Shown here piece by piece: positions 1 through 9,225 of a stretch of 57,659 nucleotides of DNA (positions within the stretch are counted from its first letter, which is position 1; every line of letters begins with the position of its first letter). The notes beneath the pieces were generated by a model. The model ran no database searches. It had not been told where the DNA came from and saw only the letters and a program-made list of their open reading frames with translations. The translations under genes were made by a program, and so were the position numbers. Location: IMG/VR virus record IMGVR_UViG_3300043443_000537, positions 1 to 57,659 of that record. One strand, 5' to 3'. Source of the stretch: a virus. Taxonomy: Duplodnaviria; Caudoviricetes.

Positions 1-111
1 GTGTTCCCCCTTACCCGCCCTACCCCCGTGGGAAGGACCCATAGCTAGGCAAAATTTGCCGGTCAAAAATGACCACCGCTGGTCAAAATTGACCACTAGG
101 CAAAATTTGCC
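1..111. repeat. Terminal direct repeat, left copy (circular assembly overlap)
   Basis: Bases 1-111 are identical to 57549-57659. Confidence 0.97.
48..111. repeat. Cluster of four short palindromes in A-B-B-A order
   Basis: GGCAAAATTTGCC at 48-60 and 99-111; GGTCAAAAATGACC at 61-74; GGTCAAAATTGACC at 81-94. Confidence 0.85.
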
Positions 112-134
112 TGTCATGCGCGGATGGTTGTCGT

Positions 135-557
135 TCATTTGCGGTCGGGACGTTGGTAGTCGGGCCGGGCACGCAAGCGACGTGTCGCCTGGCGTTGGCG
201 CTCTGCCCTTGCTGGGTCGAGGATGAGGAAGATCGCGCGCTCGCTGAGTTCATGCTCTTGCGCCAGCCATTCCACGGTCTTGCCTGCGCGGAAGGCAGCG
301 CGGATAGATCGGTCGCGCTCGGCCAAGATGACCGCATGGCATTTCGCGAGTGGAAGCAGCAGCCCGCCGAACTCCTTTGATAGACGGTCAGCATGTGCCC
401 GTCCGATGGCGCGCGTGATCCAGTGGTTGTCGCGGCAGCGATAGGGGACATACATGGCCCGGTATTTCGCGCGCTTGGCAAGGGCAAGGGTAGGCTCGCG
501 CCCGATGACGTCAGCTACGACCTGAGCGGTGGGTGGCAACGGTATGGATTCCTCCAT
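135..557 (-). CDS. Mor/C-family transcriptional activator (putative late activator)
   Basis: VADVIGREPTLAL...FGGLLLPL...RDRSIRAAFRAGKTVEWLAQEHELSERAIFLIL matches the Mor layout with C-terminal HTH; start moved to ATG 557, behind a promoter motif. Confidence 0.75.
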   Translation of the reverse strand: MEESIPLPPTAQVVADVIGREPTLALAKRAKYRAMYVPYRCRDNHWITRAIGRAHADRLSKEFGGLLLPLAKCHAVILAERDRSIRAAFRAGKTVEWLAQEHELSERAIFLILDPARAERQRQATRRLRARPDYQRPDRK

Positions 558-580
558 GCCCGCGAAGGATTGGCCCTCTG

Positions 581-594
581 TTGCGCGGAGGCAA
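581..594 (-). promoter_or_regulatory. Early operator/promoter motif (one mismatch) upstream of mor-like gene
   Basis: TTGCGCGGAGGCAA; minus-strand TTGCCT begins 37 nt before the ATG. Confidence 0.6.
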
Positions 595-618
595 GCGTAT
601 TTCTTGCGAGCGCAATCA

Positions 619-895
619 GGAACGGAAAAAGGCCAGCCGTTCCCGCGCGTTCCCGTTTTTGTTCCCGGCCTCGCGCCCTCCTTACTACAACAACAACAAC
701 TATTTATTTGGTAGAGGTAGTAGTAGAGAGAGGGGTTGGGAACGCAGGAACGGAAAGACATAGATATATCCCTTAACGTGTGCGCGCGCGCTCGCATGCG
801 CGCACGGTTTCGGGCTGGCTATCTTTCGCCGTTCCCGCGTTCCCGCCGCAAAAAATCCCGCAAGCCGTTGAGGCGTTGCGGGAAGTGTGGGAACG
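619..895. repeat. Candidate replication origin with GTTCC(CG) iterons in both orientations around an AT-rich core
   Basis: (C)GTTCCCG at 638, 648, 661, 830, 838; GGAAC(G) at ~619, 739, 747, 889; AT-rich CAA/TAG low-complexity tract ~682-735; apparently non-coding. Confidence 0.5.
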
Positions 896-923
896 CTCGC
901 TGTTACCGTGGCGTCGCCGGTTC

Positions 924-1400
924 TCAGATCATGCCAGCCCGGCGAAACGAGTAATGGCCGACGCCCATCGGATCGACGTCAGCCTCGCCGAGAATGATGT
1001 GGTCGTGCATATGCAGGTCGACAACCTTAGCGGCCTCGCGAATCCGGCGGGTGACGCTCACGTCCGCGGCGCTGGGCTGGGGATCGCCCGACGGATGGTT
1101 GTGGGCGATGGCGAACGCCGTGCCGCCAAGGTAGAGGGCTGCGCGCAGCGTGTCGGCCGGCGCGATGAGGGCCTGACGGGATGTGCCAAGCGAGAGCAAC
1201 CGGTAGCCGACCTCCATGTTGCGCGCGGAGAGCGTGATGATGATGACCGCCTCCTTGGTGGGGTCGGGGTTCAGCTCCACAAAGAGTTCGCGGAATCGGG
1301 CGGCCAATTCCTCCGGGGTGTGGAGGGCGCGGCGCTTGGCCTTGCGGGCGCGATAGGTGATGACGGGCTCGTAGAGCGTGTAGGTCTTGGTTTCGTTCAT
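924..1400 (-). CDS. radC: RadC-like JAB/MPN domain protein
   Basis: KEAV, HNHPSGDPQPSAAD and MHDHIILG motifs; start ATG 1400. Confidence 0.92.
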   Translation of the reverse strand: MNETKTYTLYEPVITYRARKAKRRALHTPEELAARFRELFVELNPDPTKEAVIIITLSARNMEVGYRLLSLGTSRQALIAPADTLRAALYLGGTAFAIAHNHPSGDPQPSAADVSVTRRIREAAKVVDLHMHDHIILGEADVDPMGVGHYSFRRAGMI

Positions 1401-1424
1401 AACGCCGCCAAGTCTCCGCGTCAC

Positions 1425-1438
1425 TTGCGCGCACGCAA
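1425..1438 (-). promoter_or_regulatory. TTGCG-N4-CGCAA operator/-35 element of radC
   Basis: TTGCGCGCACGCAA; minus-strand TTG 38 nt before ATG 1400. Confidence 0.8.
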
Positions 1439-1480
1439 GCACGAACGCGGAGCCGGGCGTTACAACGGACCTGCGCGTTT

Positions 1481-4198
1481 CTACTCCAAGAATTGGCGCA
1501 GCGGCACGAGCACGGCGCGGTGCTTGGAACCGGGGCCAAACGACACGGCGCCGGCAGAAGGTTTCGCGCCGGGGATGCGGGCGAGCTGGTCCTTCCATTT
1601 GCCCGACCACGCGGAGTCAGCAAACACACGGGCGAGGAACTGATGCCCGTTCGCGACCGCGACGGCCTGGTCTTCGTCAACAACGCGTAAGCCATGACGC
1701 ATAAGGGTGGCTCGGGCGTCTGACCGCGTAGAAGTTTCCTCGTTAGCCTCTTCGACGAGCTCGCCGACCGTGCGAGTGATGGCGGGGCCGCCCTGCACCT
1801 CGATCCGAATCTGGGCGTCGGCGAGCATCGTGAACGCGCGCACCTGATCGGTGTCCGCCTCGTCGGGCTCGAAGAACGACCAATCCTGACGGTTCACCCA
1901 ATCGTCGGCGTCGGCGAGCGCGATCTCGTTGCGCGAGGTGAGCGAGTAGGCGCCGGCCAGGAGCGCGCCGATTTGGTCGCCCAGGCGGGCGTCACCTAGC
2001 CGTTGCGCGACTACCCGTGCGAACGTCTTGGAATTGGCGCGGATGACTTGCGCGAGGTTTAACGACCGGGCTCGGATGCTTTCAGGGTAGCCTTCGCGGC
2101 CGACGGTGTCGTTCCAGAGCGCGAGCGTGCGGTCGAACGCGACTTGGAAGTCGGCGCCGCGACGCTTGAGCTCGAGCGAGGCTATGCGCGAGGTGTCGGC
2201 GGCCTGCACGGCGGCCACGCCGATTGAGGCGAAGCAGATGCAGGCGCGCGGCTTGAACCGCATGCCGCCACCGGAAGCCGTGCCCTTGGCGATGATTGCC
2301 TCGGTGTCTGAGGAGCACGCGCGGGCAAATTCAAGGATCGACTGCATGCGTTCCTGACCTTTGCGGTTCTCGCTCTCGGCCTCGTCAAAGATGATCGGCA
2401 GCGCGTCAGAGCGAAGGGCCTGGCGGATGCCCGCCTCGGTGGTGGCGGATTGCACCTGCAACGCCGAGCGCCCGGCGATGGGCTGGACGACGTTCTCAAG
2501 GATCCACGTCTTGCCGGTGCCGCGGGGGCCGTTGATCCAGATGTGAGGCCGCCATGGGAGCACACCGCAGATGGGCGCGATTGCGCACCACCCGGCAAGG
2601 AGCTTGGCGTTGAGCGGATGCTTCCACGACACCGACTCGCATAGGGCGATGAGCTTGGAGGCGTCACCGTTGGACGCCGCCGGAGCGCTCTCGGGCTCAA
2701 GGCCGTGCGCCTGCTCGTAGATGAAGTGGGTGGGGTGCTCGTGAATGCCGGTCTCGGCGCCGTTGACGATCAACCGGTCGCCGGCGTGGAAGACCACCGT
2801 CGCGCCGTCAATCCACGCGCCGCGGCCGCGGATGCGCTTGGGGTCAAAGACGCCGACCTTCATGGAGCGCTGCATCAGCGCGTTCGCGGCGAGGTCCCAA
2901 TCGGCGCCGCCCTCGCCGTCGTTAAACATTTCGCACCACCAATGAAGGGGCGCGAGCTGTAGGAGCGGTAGTTTCTTGTGTTCGTTCGCGGTGAGGTCGA
3001 CGAGTTGGCGCGTGCCGTTCGGGAGGTAGAAGAAACGGCCCTCGGCGAACCCGAGGTAGCGGAACGGGTCAATTTCGCGACGCTCACGCGGTGGCGACAA
3101 GTCGTCGACGGGCTCGCCGGGGTCGTCGGGCAACGGCGGCTCGTCGGACGTGTCCGATTTCGGCGCGGATGTCGACACATCGGCGGGACGTGTCGATTCC
3201 GTAGAGGTGTTCGTGGCGGTTGCCGCGGCGTCCTTGCGGGCCTTCACGTGGGCTCGGACCTGCTCGGTCGTCCAGCCCTCAGCTTCGGCGTCGGCAAGAT
3301 CCCAGCCTTCACGCACGCCCTCGGGCGGCAGGACGATGAGCGTCGAGGCCGCGATGCCCTGCAGGCGGTCGGCGATCTCGGCCATCGCCTTGAGGCCGGG
3401 CGCGTCGGAGTCGGGCCAAAGGGTGACACGGCGCCCGCGCAGCGGCTCAAGGTCAACGAGCGGAACCGCCTTACTACCGCCCGGCCAAGTGACGACCGCG
3501 ACGTTCGGCAGGAGACGGGCCGCCGCGTCCGCGGTTTTCTCGCCCTCGACGATGAGCACCCCGACCGCCGGCGCGGTGGCGACGAGCTCGGGCAGGCGAT
3601 AGAGCGGGCGCGGGCGCGCGAAGCCCTTCCACCGCCACTCTTCGCGGCCGGACTTGTGGCGGGCGAACGTGAACGGGAACACGTCTTTCGAGCCGTCGGC
3701 GAATTGGACCCTGCACACGTAGCCGACAAGCCGGCCCTGCGCGTCGCGGTAGCACCACGTGGCGGCGACCGGAAACTCCTTCCACTCGTCCTCGCGGAAG
3801 AGGCGCTTGACCGTCGGGGCGGCGATGTCGGTAGGTGCGAACGGCAGAGCCTCCCATTCGCCGGGGTCGGTGCGGCCGGGGCGCGCGTCGGCTTGCTGAG
3901 CGCGGGCCGTGATGCCGCCGGCGGCGAGACGTTCGTCCAGCTCGCGGGCGGCTTCGCCCATCTTCACGCCGCGGGCCGCAGCCCATAGCGCGATGAGGTC
4001 GGAGCCGGTGTCGCCGCTGGCGAAGTCGGACCACTTGCCGGAGCGCATGTTAATCGCGAGGCTGCGGCCAGGTTCGCCGGAGAGACCGCCCACGCGGAAC
4101 TCGTGGCCGTCACGGCGGCCGGCAGGGAACAGTTCGCAGAGCAGGCCTTCGGCATGGTCAAGGGCCGCCTGCGCGATGCGGTCAAAATCAATGGGCAT
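1481..4198 (-). CDS. DNA primase (TOPRIM)-helicase fusion
   Basis: N-terminal domain GKWSDFASGDTGSDLIAL; TOPRIM IVEGEKTADAA...LWPDSDAPG...GWDLAD; Walker A GPRGTGKT; Walker B IIFDEAE; start MPIDFD at 4198. Confidence 0.88.
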   Translation of the reverse strand: MPIDFDRIAQAALDHAEGLLCELFPAGRRDGHEFRVGGLSGEPGRSLAINMRSGKWSDFASGDTGSDLIALWAAARGVKMGEAARELDERLAAGGITARAQQADARPGRTDPGEWEALPFAPTDIAAPTVKRLFREDEWKEFPVAATWCYRDAQGRLVGYVCRVQFADGSKDVFPFTFARHKSGREEWRWKGFARPRPLYRLPELVATAPAVGVLIVEGEKTADAAARLLPNVAVVTWPGGSKAVPLVDLEPLRGRRVTLWPDSDAPGLKAMAEIADRLQGIAASTLIVLPPEGVREGWDLADAEAEGWTTEQVRAHVKARKDAAATATNTSTESTRPADVSTSAPKSDTSDEPPLPDDPGEPVDDLSPPRERREIDPFRYLGFAEGRFFYLPNGTRQLVDLTANEHKKLPLLQLAPLHWWCEMFNDGEGGADWDLAANALMQRSMKVGVFDPKRIRGRGAWIDGATVVFHAGDRLIVNGAETGIHEHPTHFIYEQAHGLEPESAPAASNGDASKLIALCESVSWKHPLNAKLLAGWCAIAPICGVLPWRPHIWINGPRGTGKTWILENVVQPIAGRSALQVQSATTEAGIRQALRSDALPIIFDEAESENRKGQERMQSILEFARACSSDTEAIIAKGTASGGGMRFKPRACICFASIGVAAVQAADTSRIASLELKRRGADFQVAFDRTLALWNDTVGREGYPESIRARSLNLAQVIRANSKTFARVVAQRLGDARLGDQIGALLAGAYSLTSRNEIALADADDWVNRQDWSFFEPDEADTDQVRAFTMLADAQIRIEVQGGPAITRTVGELVEEANEETSTRSDARATLMRHGLRVVDEDQAVAVANGHQFLARVFADSAWSGKWKDQLARIPGAKPSAGAVSFGPGSKHRAVLVPLRQFLE

Positions 4199-4382
4199 TG
4201 GCAACGGAAACGGGGGTGCCGTAAAAGGCGTCGCACTCAAGGGTGTCGGCGCGGGTGATGCAAGCGCGGGCTTCGTCGGCGGCCTCGTGCGGGCTTGGAC
4301 CGGTGCGCCGGTCCAGCGATAGAAGCCATTCGGCGTGATCGCGCAGGCGGCGCGCCTCCTCAACCATTTCGCGGGGTGTCAT
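4188..4382 (-). CDS. Hypothetical protein (64 aa)
   Basis: MTPREMVEE... fills the gap between methyltransferase and primase with tight junctions. Confidence 0.55.
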   Translation of the reverse strand: MTPREMVEEARRLRDHAEWLLSLDRRTGPSPHEAADEARACITRADTLECDAFYGTPVSVANAH

Positions 4383-4384
4383 GG

Positions 4385-5647
4385 TCAGGCGGCCTTGGGG
4401 CTTTCGAGGAGGGTATTGATGTCGCTGCGCTGACCGAGCGCGGCGAGCACGAGGGCCCGGGCGAGGTTGCGCGGGACGGCGTTGCCGATCTGCTTCACCT
4501 GCTCGGTCTTCGTCCCGGTGAACTTGTAGTCGCGTCGGAAGCCCTGCGCGGCGGCCAGCTCGTGCGGTTGGAGCATCCGGAAGCCGATGTCTCGGGCGTT
4601 CGCGGTGACGAGGCCGAACCGATCCTTGCACGTGACGGTTGGCAGCGGGCTCGAAAGCGGAACGGTGCCGCCCGTGCCGTAGTATTCGACGACGAGCCCG
4701 ATGGCGCCGTCGCACGTGACTGTCGGGACCGGCTCGCTTGCCCGGCGTAGCGCGCCGCCACTATGCTGCGGCAGAAGGTAGGCGACGCCGAACGCGCCGC
4801 CCTTCGCGCAGGTTACGGTCGGGAGCGGGCGGCGTGCGGGAATGACGCGCCCGCCGTGCTCCATCGCGATGATGACCGGCGAACCGTATTTCTCGAGCCC
4901 CTCGTTGATGCGCCGAATCGTCTTCGGGCTGAGAGGACGGCGCCGGCCCTGAATACTAGGCGCCGGGATGGACCAATCAATGACGTGGCTCTCGGCGTCG
5001 CGCCAAGCCTGGCGAGCGCCGAACATATCGGCATCACCCTGCGCGGCGTGCGTCGGGTCTGGCCAGACGATCTTGCGGCGCCCGCGTTGCGCCTGCACGA
5101 AGAGCCGGCGGCGGGTGGTGGGGTCGCCGTAGTCGGCGGCGCAGAAGGTTTTCCAGGCTACCCGGTAGCCGAGCGACTTAAGCGCGCCGACCCATGCGAG
5201 GAACGTCGCGCCCTTCTTTGATTTTAGCGGGCGGCCGTTGCTGCCAATGGCGCCCCACGTGACGAACTCCGGCACGTTCTCGACCATAATCGTGTCGGGC
5301 CGGACCGCCTCGGCCCAGCGGACCACGCACCACGCGGTCGCGCGCGATTGGTCGTTGATGGGCTTGCCCCCGCGGGCGACGGAATGGTGGGTGCACTCCG
5401 GTGATGCCCATAGCAAGTCGAGCTCGCCCTCGCCGAACAGGTCGCGAGGGTTCACGCTGTCGAGGCCGGTGCAAAGGTGGCGAGCGTCGGGGTGATTCGC
5501 GGTGTGCGTCGCGATGGCGACCGGCCAATGATTGACCGCGGTGAGCGTCGGCCGGTAGCCGAGCAACTCTATGGCTTCGATAGCGCCGGCGGATGTTCCG
5601 CCCGCGCCGCAGAACAAGTCAGCAACGTGGAGACGTGAGGGTGTCAT
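4385..5647 (-). CDS. dcm: C5-cytosine DNA methyltransferase
   Basis: Motif I DLFCGAGG, catalytic SPEC, ENVPEF, RRRLF, motif X QIGNAVP; start ATG 5647. Confidence 0.95.
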   Translation of the reverse strand: MTPSRLHVADLFCGAGGTSAGAIEAIELLGYRPTLTAVNHWPVAIATHTANHPDARHLCTGLDSVNPRDLFGEGELDLLWASPECTHHSVARGGKPINDQSRATAWCVVRWAEAVRPDTIMVENVPEFVTWGAIGSNGRPLKSKKGATFLAWVGALKSLGYRVAWKTFCAADYGDPTTRRRLFVQAQRGRRKIVWPDPTHAAQGDADMFGARQAWRDAESHVIDWSIPAPSIQGRRRPLSPKTIRRINEGLEKYGSPVIIAMEHGGRVIPARRPLPTVTCAKGGAFGVAYLLPQHSGGALRRASEPVPTVTCDGAIGLVVEYYGTGGTVPLSSPLPTVTCKDRFGLVTANARDIGFRMLQPHELAAAQGFRRDYKFTGTKTEQVKQIGNAVPRNLARALVLAALGQRSDINTLLESPKAA

Positions 5648-5671
5648 AACGCCGCCGAGCGTGTCCCGCAG

Positions 5672-5685
5672 TTGCGCGCACGCAA
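5672..5685 (-). promoter_or_regulatory. TTGCG-N4-CGCAA operator/-35 element of dcm
   Basis: TTGCGCGCACGCAA; 38 nt before ATG 5647; CACGCT in the -10 position. Confidence 0.8.
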
Positions 5686-5693
5686 GCACAAAA

Positions 5694-6104
5694 TCAGAGA
5701 ACCGGGAACAAAACCGCCTCGGCGTCGGCGACGCTCCGGACGATGCCGGCGCGGGCGCCGAACGCGCGGCAGACCTCGGCCCACTGGACTTGCTCGGGGC
5801 GCGCGCGTCCGCTGGGGCCTTTTACCTCGAGCGACACGAAGGCGCCGATCTCCTGGCCGACCATTTCGGGCGTGACCTTCACGCGCTGGAACCCGATGAG
5901 GTCGCCGGAGCCGACATGCAGGCCGGCGTAAATCGGCCGCGGGTTGCGGATGAGGATTGAGCCGTCGGGCCTGCGTGTGATGTCGCCGGTCCAGCCTTGC
6001 CCGGTGTTGTTGCGGAAGAGCCGGCAGTCGGGGCGGGATCCGAGCGCGAGAAGAATCGCCTGCTGAACGCTGCGCTCGGTGTGATTAGTCGATGAGTGTG
6101 GCAT
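5694..6104 (-). CDS. VRR-NUC domain nuclease (Holliday-junction resolvase-like)
   Basis: ERSVQQAI...LFRNNTG...GSGDLIG...LEVKGPSGRARPEQ, a PD-(D/E)XK pattern. Confidence 0.88.
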   Translation of the reverse strand: MPHSSTNHTERSVQQAILLALGSRPDCRLFRNNTGQGWTGDITRRPDGSILIRNPRPIYAGLHVGSGDLIGFQRVKVTPEMVGQEIGAFVSLEVKGPSGRARPEQVQWAEVCRAFGARAGIVRSVADAEAVLFPVL

Positions 6105-6348
6105 AGGTGTCAAACATGGAGATGATTGCCTCACGCCCGGACTTCCCCCGCACCGTGAGGAGGTAATCGGGGATCGCGCCCTTGGCGCGCACCCCGTTGT
6201 CCTTGGCGGCGATGACCCGCCCGGTCGCTCGGACGCCGGGATGGCCTGGCATGTCGAAGGAAACGTTGCGGCCGACGAAGCGTTCCGGGCCGCGCGCAGG
6301 AGGTGCGGACTCTGGGGCCGGCGCGGGCTTGGGAGCTAGACGCTTCAT
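6085..6348 (-). CDS. Hypothetical protein
   Basis: 87-aa ORF with a 4-bp overlap on dut. Confidence 0.6.
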   Translation of the reverse strand: MKRLAPKPAPAPESAPPARGPERFVGRNVSFDMPGHPGVRATGRVIAAKDNGVRAKGAIPDYLLTVRGKSGREAIISMFDTYATLID

Positions 6349-6764
6349 CCCCCGGTGCTACCGAATCCGCCGGCGCCTCGCGTCGTCTCGGATAACTCGG
6401 TGACGAGCTGAGGAACGCATGGCCAGAGCGCGACGACGGCGCCCTGCGCGATTCGCATTCCACGCGAGACCGCAAATTCGCTGGTTGAGTGATTGAAGAG
6501 AATGACGCCGACGGCTCCGCGGTAGTCGGAATCAACGGTGCCGAAATGAGCGACGACGCCGAAGTTAAGCGCGAGACCTGAGCGAGGGCGAACCTGCAAC
6601 TCCGTGCCGAGTGGAAGCTCGACGGCGATGTTGGTAGGTATGAGCGCGCGACCGCCGGGCTGGATGATCGTAGGCTCGCAATCGGCATAGAGGTCGAAGC
6701 ACGACGCGCCGGGCGTTGCGCGCGTCGGTAGCGTGGCAGTGGAGGTAAGGAGTTTGACCTTCAT
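6345..6764 (-). CDS. dut: Trimeric dUTPase
   Basis: FDLYA, RPRSGLA, GTVDSDYRG, RIAQ and RGAGGFGSTG motifs. Confidence 0.97.
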   Translation of the reverse strand: MKVKLLTSTATLPTRATPGASCFDLYADCEPTIIQPGGRALIPTNIAVELPLGTELQVRPRSGLALNFGVVAHFGTVDSDYRGAVGVILFNHSTSEFAVSRGMRIAQGAVVALWPCVPQLVTELSETTRGAGGFGSTGG

Positions 6765-6769
6765 GGGCG

Positions 6770-7234
6770 TCAGAACGGCACGTCTTCGTCGTTGATGCTG
6801 TCCTGGGGCGCGGGAGCCGGGCGCGGTGCACGCGTAGCCGGTGCCGAAGCCTCGCTGGCGTCTTCGCCGGGCTGACGCTCGGCCGCAGGCGCGTTGCCGT
6901 CACGGCTGCCTAGGAGTTGGAAGTTCTCGACGACGACCTTGAGCTTCGTGCGCTTCTGGCCGCTCTGCTTATCTTCCCAAGAGTCGAGTTTAAGCCGGCC
7001 CTCGACGAAGAGCGGGCGGCCCTTGGCGCAGTATTTCGCGATGATCTCGGCGGGCTTGCCCCACGCCTCGCAGTCGATGAAGGTGACTTCCTCCTTCTTC
7101 TGGCCGGCTTCGTCTTTCCACTCGCGATTGATCGCGAGGCCGAAGGCGGCGATTGATGTGCCCTTGGGGAGGACACGGAGCTCGGGATCTCTGGTGAGAT
7201 TCCCGATGAGGAGGACGCGGTTTAGGTTGGGCAT
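6770..7234 (-). CDS. ssb: Single-stranded DNA-binding protein
   Basis: NRVLLIGNLTRDPELR...KGRPLFVEGRL, acidic tail DEDVPF; start ATG 7234. Confidence 0.97.
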   Translation of the reverse strand: MPNLNRVLLIGNLTRDPELRVLPKGTSIAAFGLAINREWKDEAGQKKEEVTFIDCEAWGKPAEIIAKYCAKGRPLFVEGRLKLDSWEDKQSGQKRTKLKVVVENFQLLGSRDGNAPAAERQPGEDASEASAPATRAPRPAPAPQDSINDEDVPF

Positions 7235-7268
7235 GGTGAGAAATGAACGGCGCGAGGGTGCGGCGCAG

Positions 7269-7282
7269 TTGCGCCAGCGCAA
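7269..7282 (-). promoter_or_regulatory. TTGCG-N4-CGCAA operator/-35 element of ssb
   Basis: TTGCGCCAGCGCAA; CACCCT in the -10 position; ATG 48 nt downstream. Confidence 0.75.
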
Positions 7283-7288
7283 GCAAAA

Positions 7289-8887
7289 TCAGAGGGCGGC
7301 GGCCGGGATTGCGCCCCGCTCTTCTGCGGTGGGGGTGCGTCCGTGACGAGCCCGGAACACGTGAGCTGCCCACCCGTGCGGGTTCTTCATCCCGCGCTTC
7401 TTGCCAATGGCAATGAGTTCCGCGAACGTCTGCGCGCTACCCTGCTCGGCGCGCTTCGCTCGGCCCTCCGCGGCGGCGTGATCGCGACCGCACTTCGGGC
7501 AGATCTCGAGACGTTCACTGTGGACGTGGGTGCATTTCGGACACTGGCGAAACGCCGCGCCGGACGCCGAGACGCCGAGCTGCGGGACTACGAGCTCGAC
7601 GAGCTCGCCGGCAACCTGCTCAACCTCGCGACCGCCGCCCGTAGCGGTAGGCTTGCCGCAATGCGGACACTTGGACGCCGGGAGGAACGTGCCAAAGCAG
7701 GCCTTGCACTGCATGACGCGGTCGCCGGCCTCGCCGTCGCGCTTCTTCTTTTTCTTCGCGGTCTGGCCGTCAAGCGACCAATCGCGCTGCTCCTCGGCGA
7801 GTCCGTGGCGCAGGCAGTTGCCCACGTGGTCAAGGATGACCGCGCGCGGCTTGGGCCCGGCGGCTATGGCTGCAAGCCGCTCTTCATTGGTGGTCGTCGG
7901 CATTCCCTTCGCGTAAACGGGCCGGAGAACGCGGCCGACCTGTTGAAGATGGAGGCCGAGCGACTGCGTAGGGCGCAAGAGAATGCCGGTGGTGACAACG
8001 GGTATGTCGGTGCCCTCGCTTATGATTTCGCACGAAGTCAGGACGTGGAGGCGGCCGTCTCCGAGCGAGGCTATGAGATCGCGCCGCTCAAAATCGGAGA
8101 GCGTGCCGTCTATCGAGGCGGCACGGAAGCCGGCGGCACGGAAGGCCTCGGCGACGTGCTGAGCGTGAGCTACCGAAACACAGAACGCGATGGCCGGCGC
8201 GCCTGGGCAAATCCTGCCGTAATGTGCGACCGCATCGCCGACGATCCTGGGCTTGTCCAAGACGACCTCGGCGTCATGCCGATTGAAATCGCCGGCGGTA
8301 GTTCGGATCGAAGATGCATCAAATTGGGGCGGCGGGCAGAAATATGCCGGACGCGAAAGAAACCCGCGCGCCATCAAATCGGCGACCTCCGGCCCGCGTA
8401 TCAAACAATCAAACACTTCACCAAGACCGCGCCCGTCAACACGTTCAGGGGTGGCAGTCACGCCCAAATGTAGTGCGCGCGGAAATGCGTCGGTGATCTT
8501 CTTGTAAGTGCCCGCGACCGAGTGGTGACATTCATCTGTAATAATCAGGTCGGGCGGCACAACCGATTCAAGCCGCCGGCATAGTGTTTGCACGGAGGCG
8601 ACCTGCACCGCCTCAACCTGGTTCATCGACTCACCCGCTGCGATGAGCCCATGCCCAACACCAATCTCGGCGAGCGTGCGGGATGTTTGGTCAAGGAGTT
8701 CCGACCTGTGGACGAGGATCCACACGCGTCGACCCTTGGCCGCCGCTCCGTCGGTGATATATGAAAACAGAACCGTCTTACCTGCCCCCGTTGGGGCCAC
8801 AACAAGAGGCGCACGCTTGCCTGCGCGAAACACCGCGCGGACCTGCTCGACGAGCGTCTGCTGGTAGTCGCGAAGGCTTAACCGCAT
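7289..8887 (-). CDS. SF2 DExH-box helicase with C-terminal zinc fingers
   Basis: LRDYQ, PTGAGKT, DECHH, TATP, QQVGRVLR; four CxxC pairs; start ATG 8887. Confidence 0.95.
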   Translation of the reverse strand: MRLSLRDYQQTLVEQVRAVFRAGKRAPLVVAPTGAGKTVLFSYITDGAAAKGRRVWILVHRSELLDQTSRTLAEIGVGHGLIAAGESMNQVEAVQVASVQTLCRRLESVVPPDLIITDECHHSVAGTYKKITDAFPRALHLGVTATPERVDGRGLGEVFDCLIRGPEVADLMARGFLSRPAYFCPPPQFDASSIRTTAGDFNRHDAEVVLDKPRIVGDAVAHYGRICPGAPAIAFCVSVAHAQHVAEAFRAAGFRAASIDGTLSDFERRDLIASLGDGRLHVLTSCEIISEGTDIPVVTTGILLRPTQSLGLHLQQVGRVLRPVYAKGMPTTTNEERLAAIAAGPKPRAVILDHVGNCLRHGLAEEQRDWSLDGQTAKKKKKRDGEAGDRVMQCKACFGTFLPASKCPHCGKPTATGGGREVEQVAGELVELVVPQLGVSASGAAFRQCPKCTHVHSERLEICPKCGRDHAAAEGRAKRAEQGSAQTFAELIAIGKKRGMKNPHGWAAHVFRARHGRTPTAEERGAIPAAAL

Positions 8888-9003
8888 CGCATTCCTTCCT
8901 TGAGCGCACGCTTGGTCACGTGATGACTGAGCCTTGCCGCTTCTACGGTCAGAGTCAGCCGCCTCAACGCTAGGCGCCTGGCGCTTACCACTCCGGGTTT
9001 CAT

Positions 9004-9225
9004 TTAGGCGCTCTCGGCCGCTTTTTCTAGGCGCGTGATCGTGCGCGTGCTCGGCATGGAGACGCGTTGGATCGGCGCGCCGTTTCGCGAGCGAGAGCGA
9101 CGCGGGCTTGACCACGAGTAGTAGGTGGAAGGCGCGACGCCTGCGCGCTTGAGCCAAGCGGCGACGCTGCGGTGATTCTTGAGCGCGCGTTCGCGCAGCT
9201 CGGAGATGGTTTTGTTGACGTCCAT
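9004..9225 (-). CDS. Small HTH (Cro/XRE-like) regulator
   Basis: SVAAWLKRAGVAPSTYYSW...PSTRTITRL; first gene of the leftward unit at the divergent junction. Confidence 0.65.
   Translation of the reverse strand: MDVNKTISELRERALKNHRSVAAWLKRAGVAPSTYYSWSSPRRSRSRNGAPIQRVSMPSTRTITRLEKAAESA

Noticed and set aside
1-111. 111-bp terminal repeat as a biological direct terminal repeat
   Set aside because: The lambda-type terminase and cos signature imply cohesive ends; an exact overlap is more simply a circular assembly artefact
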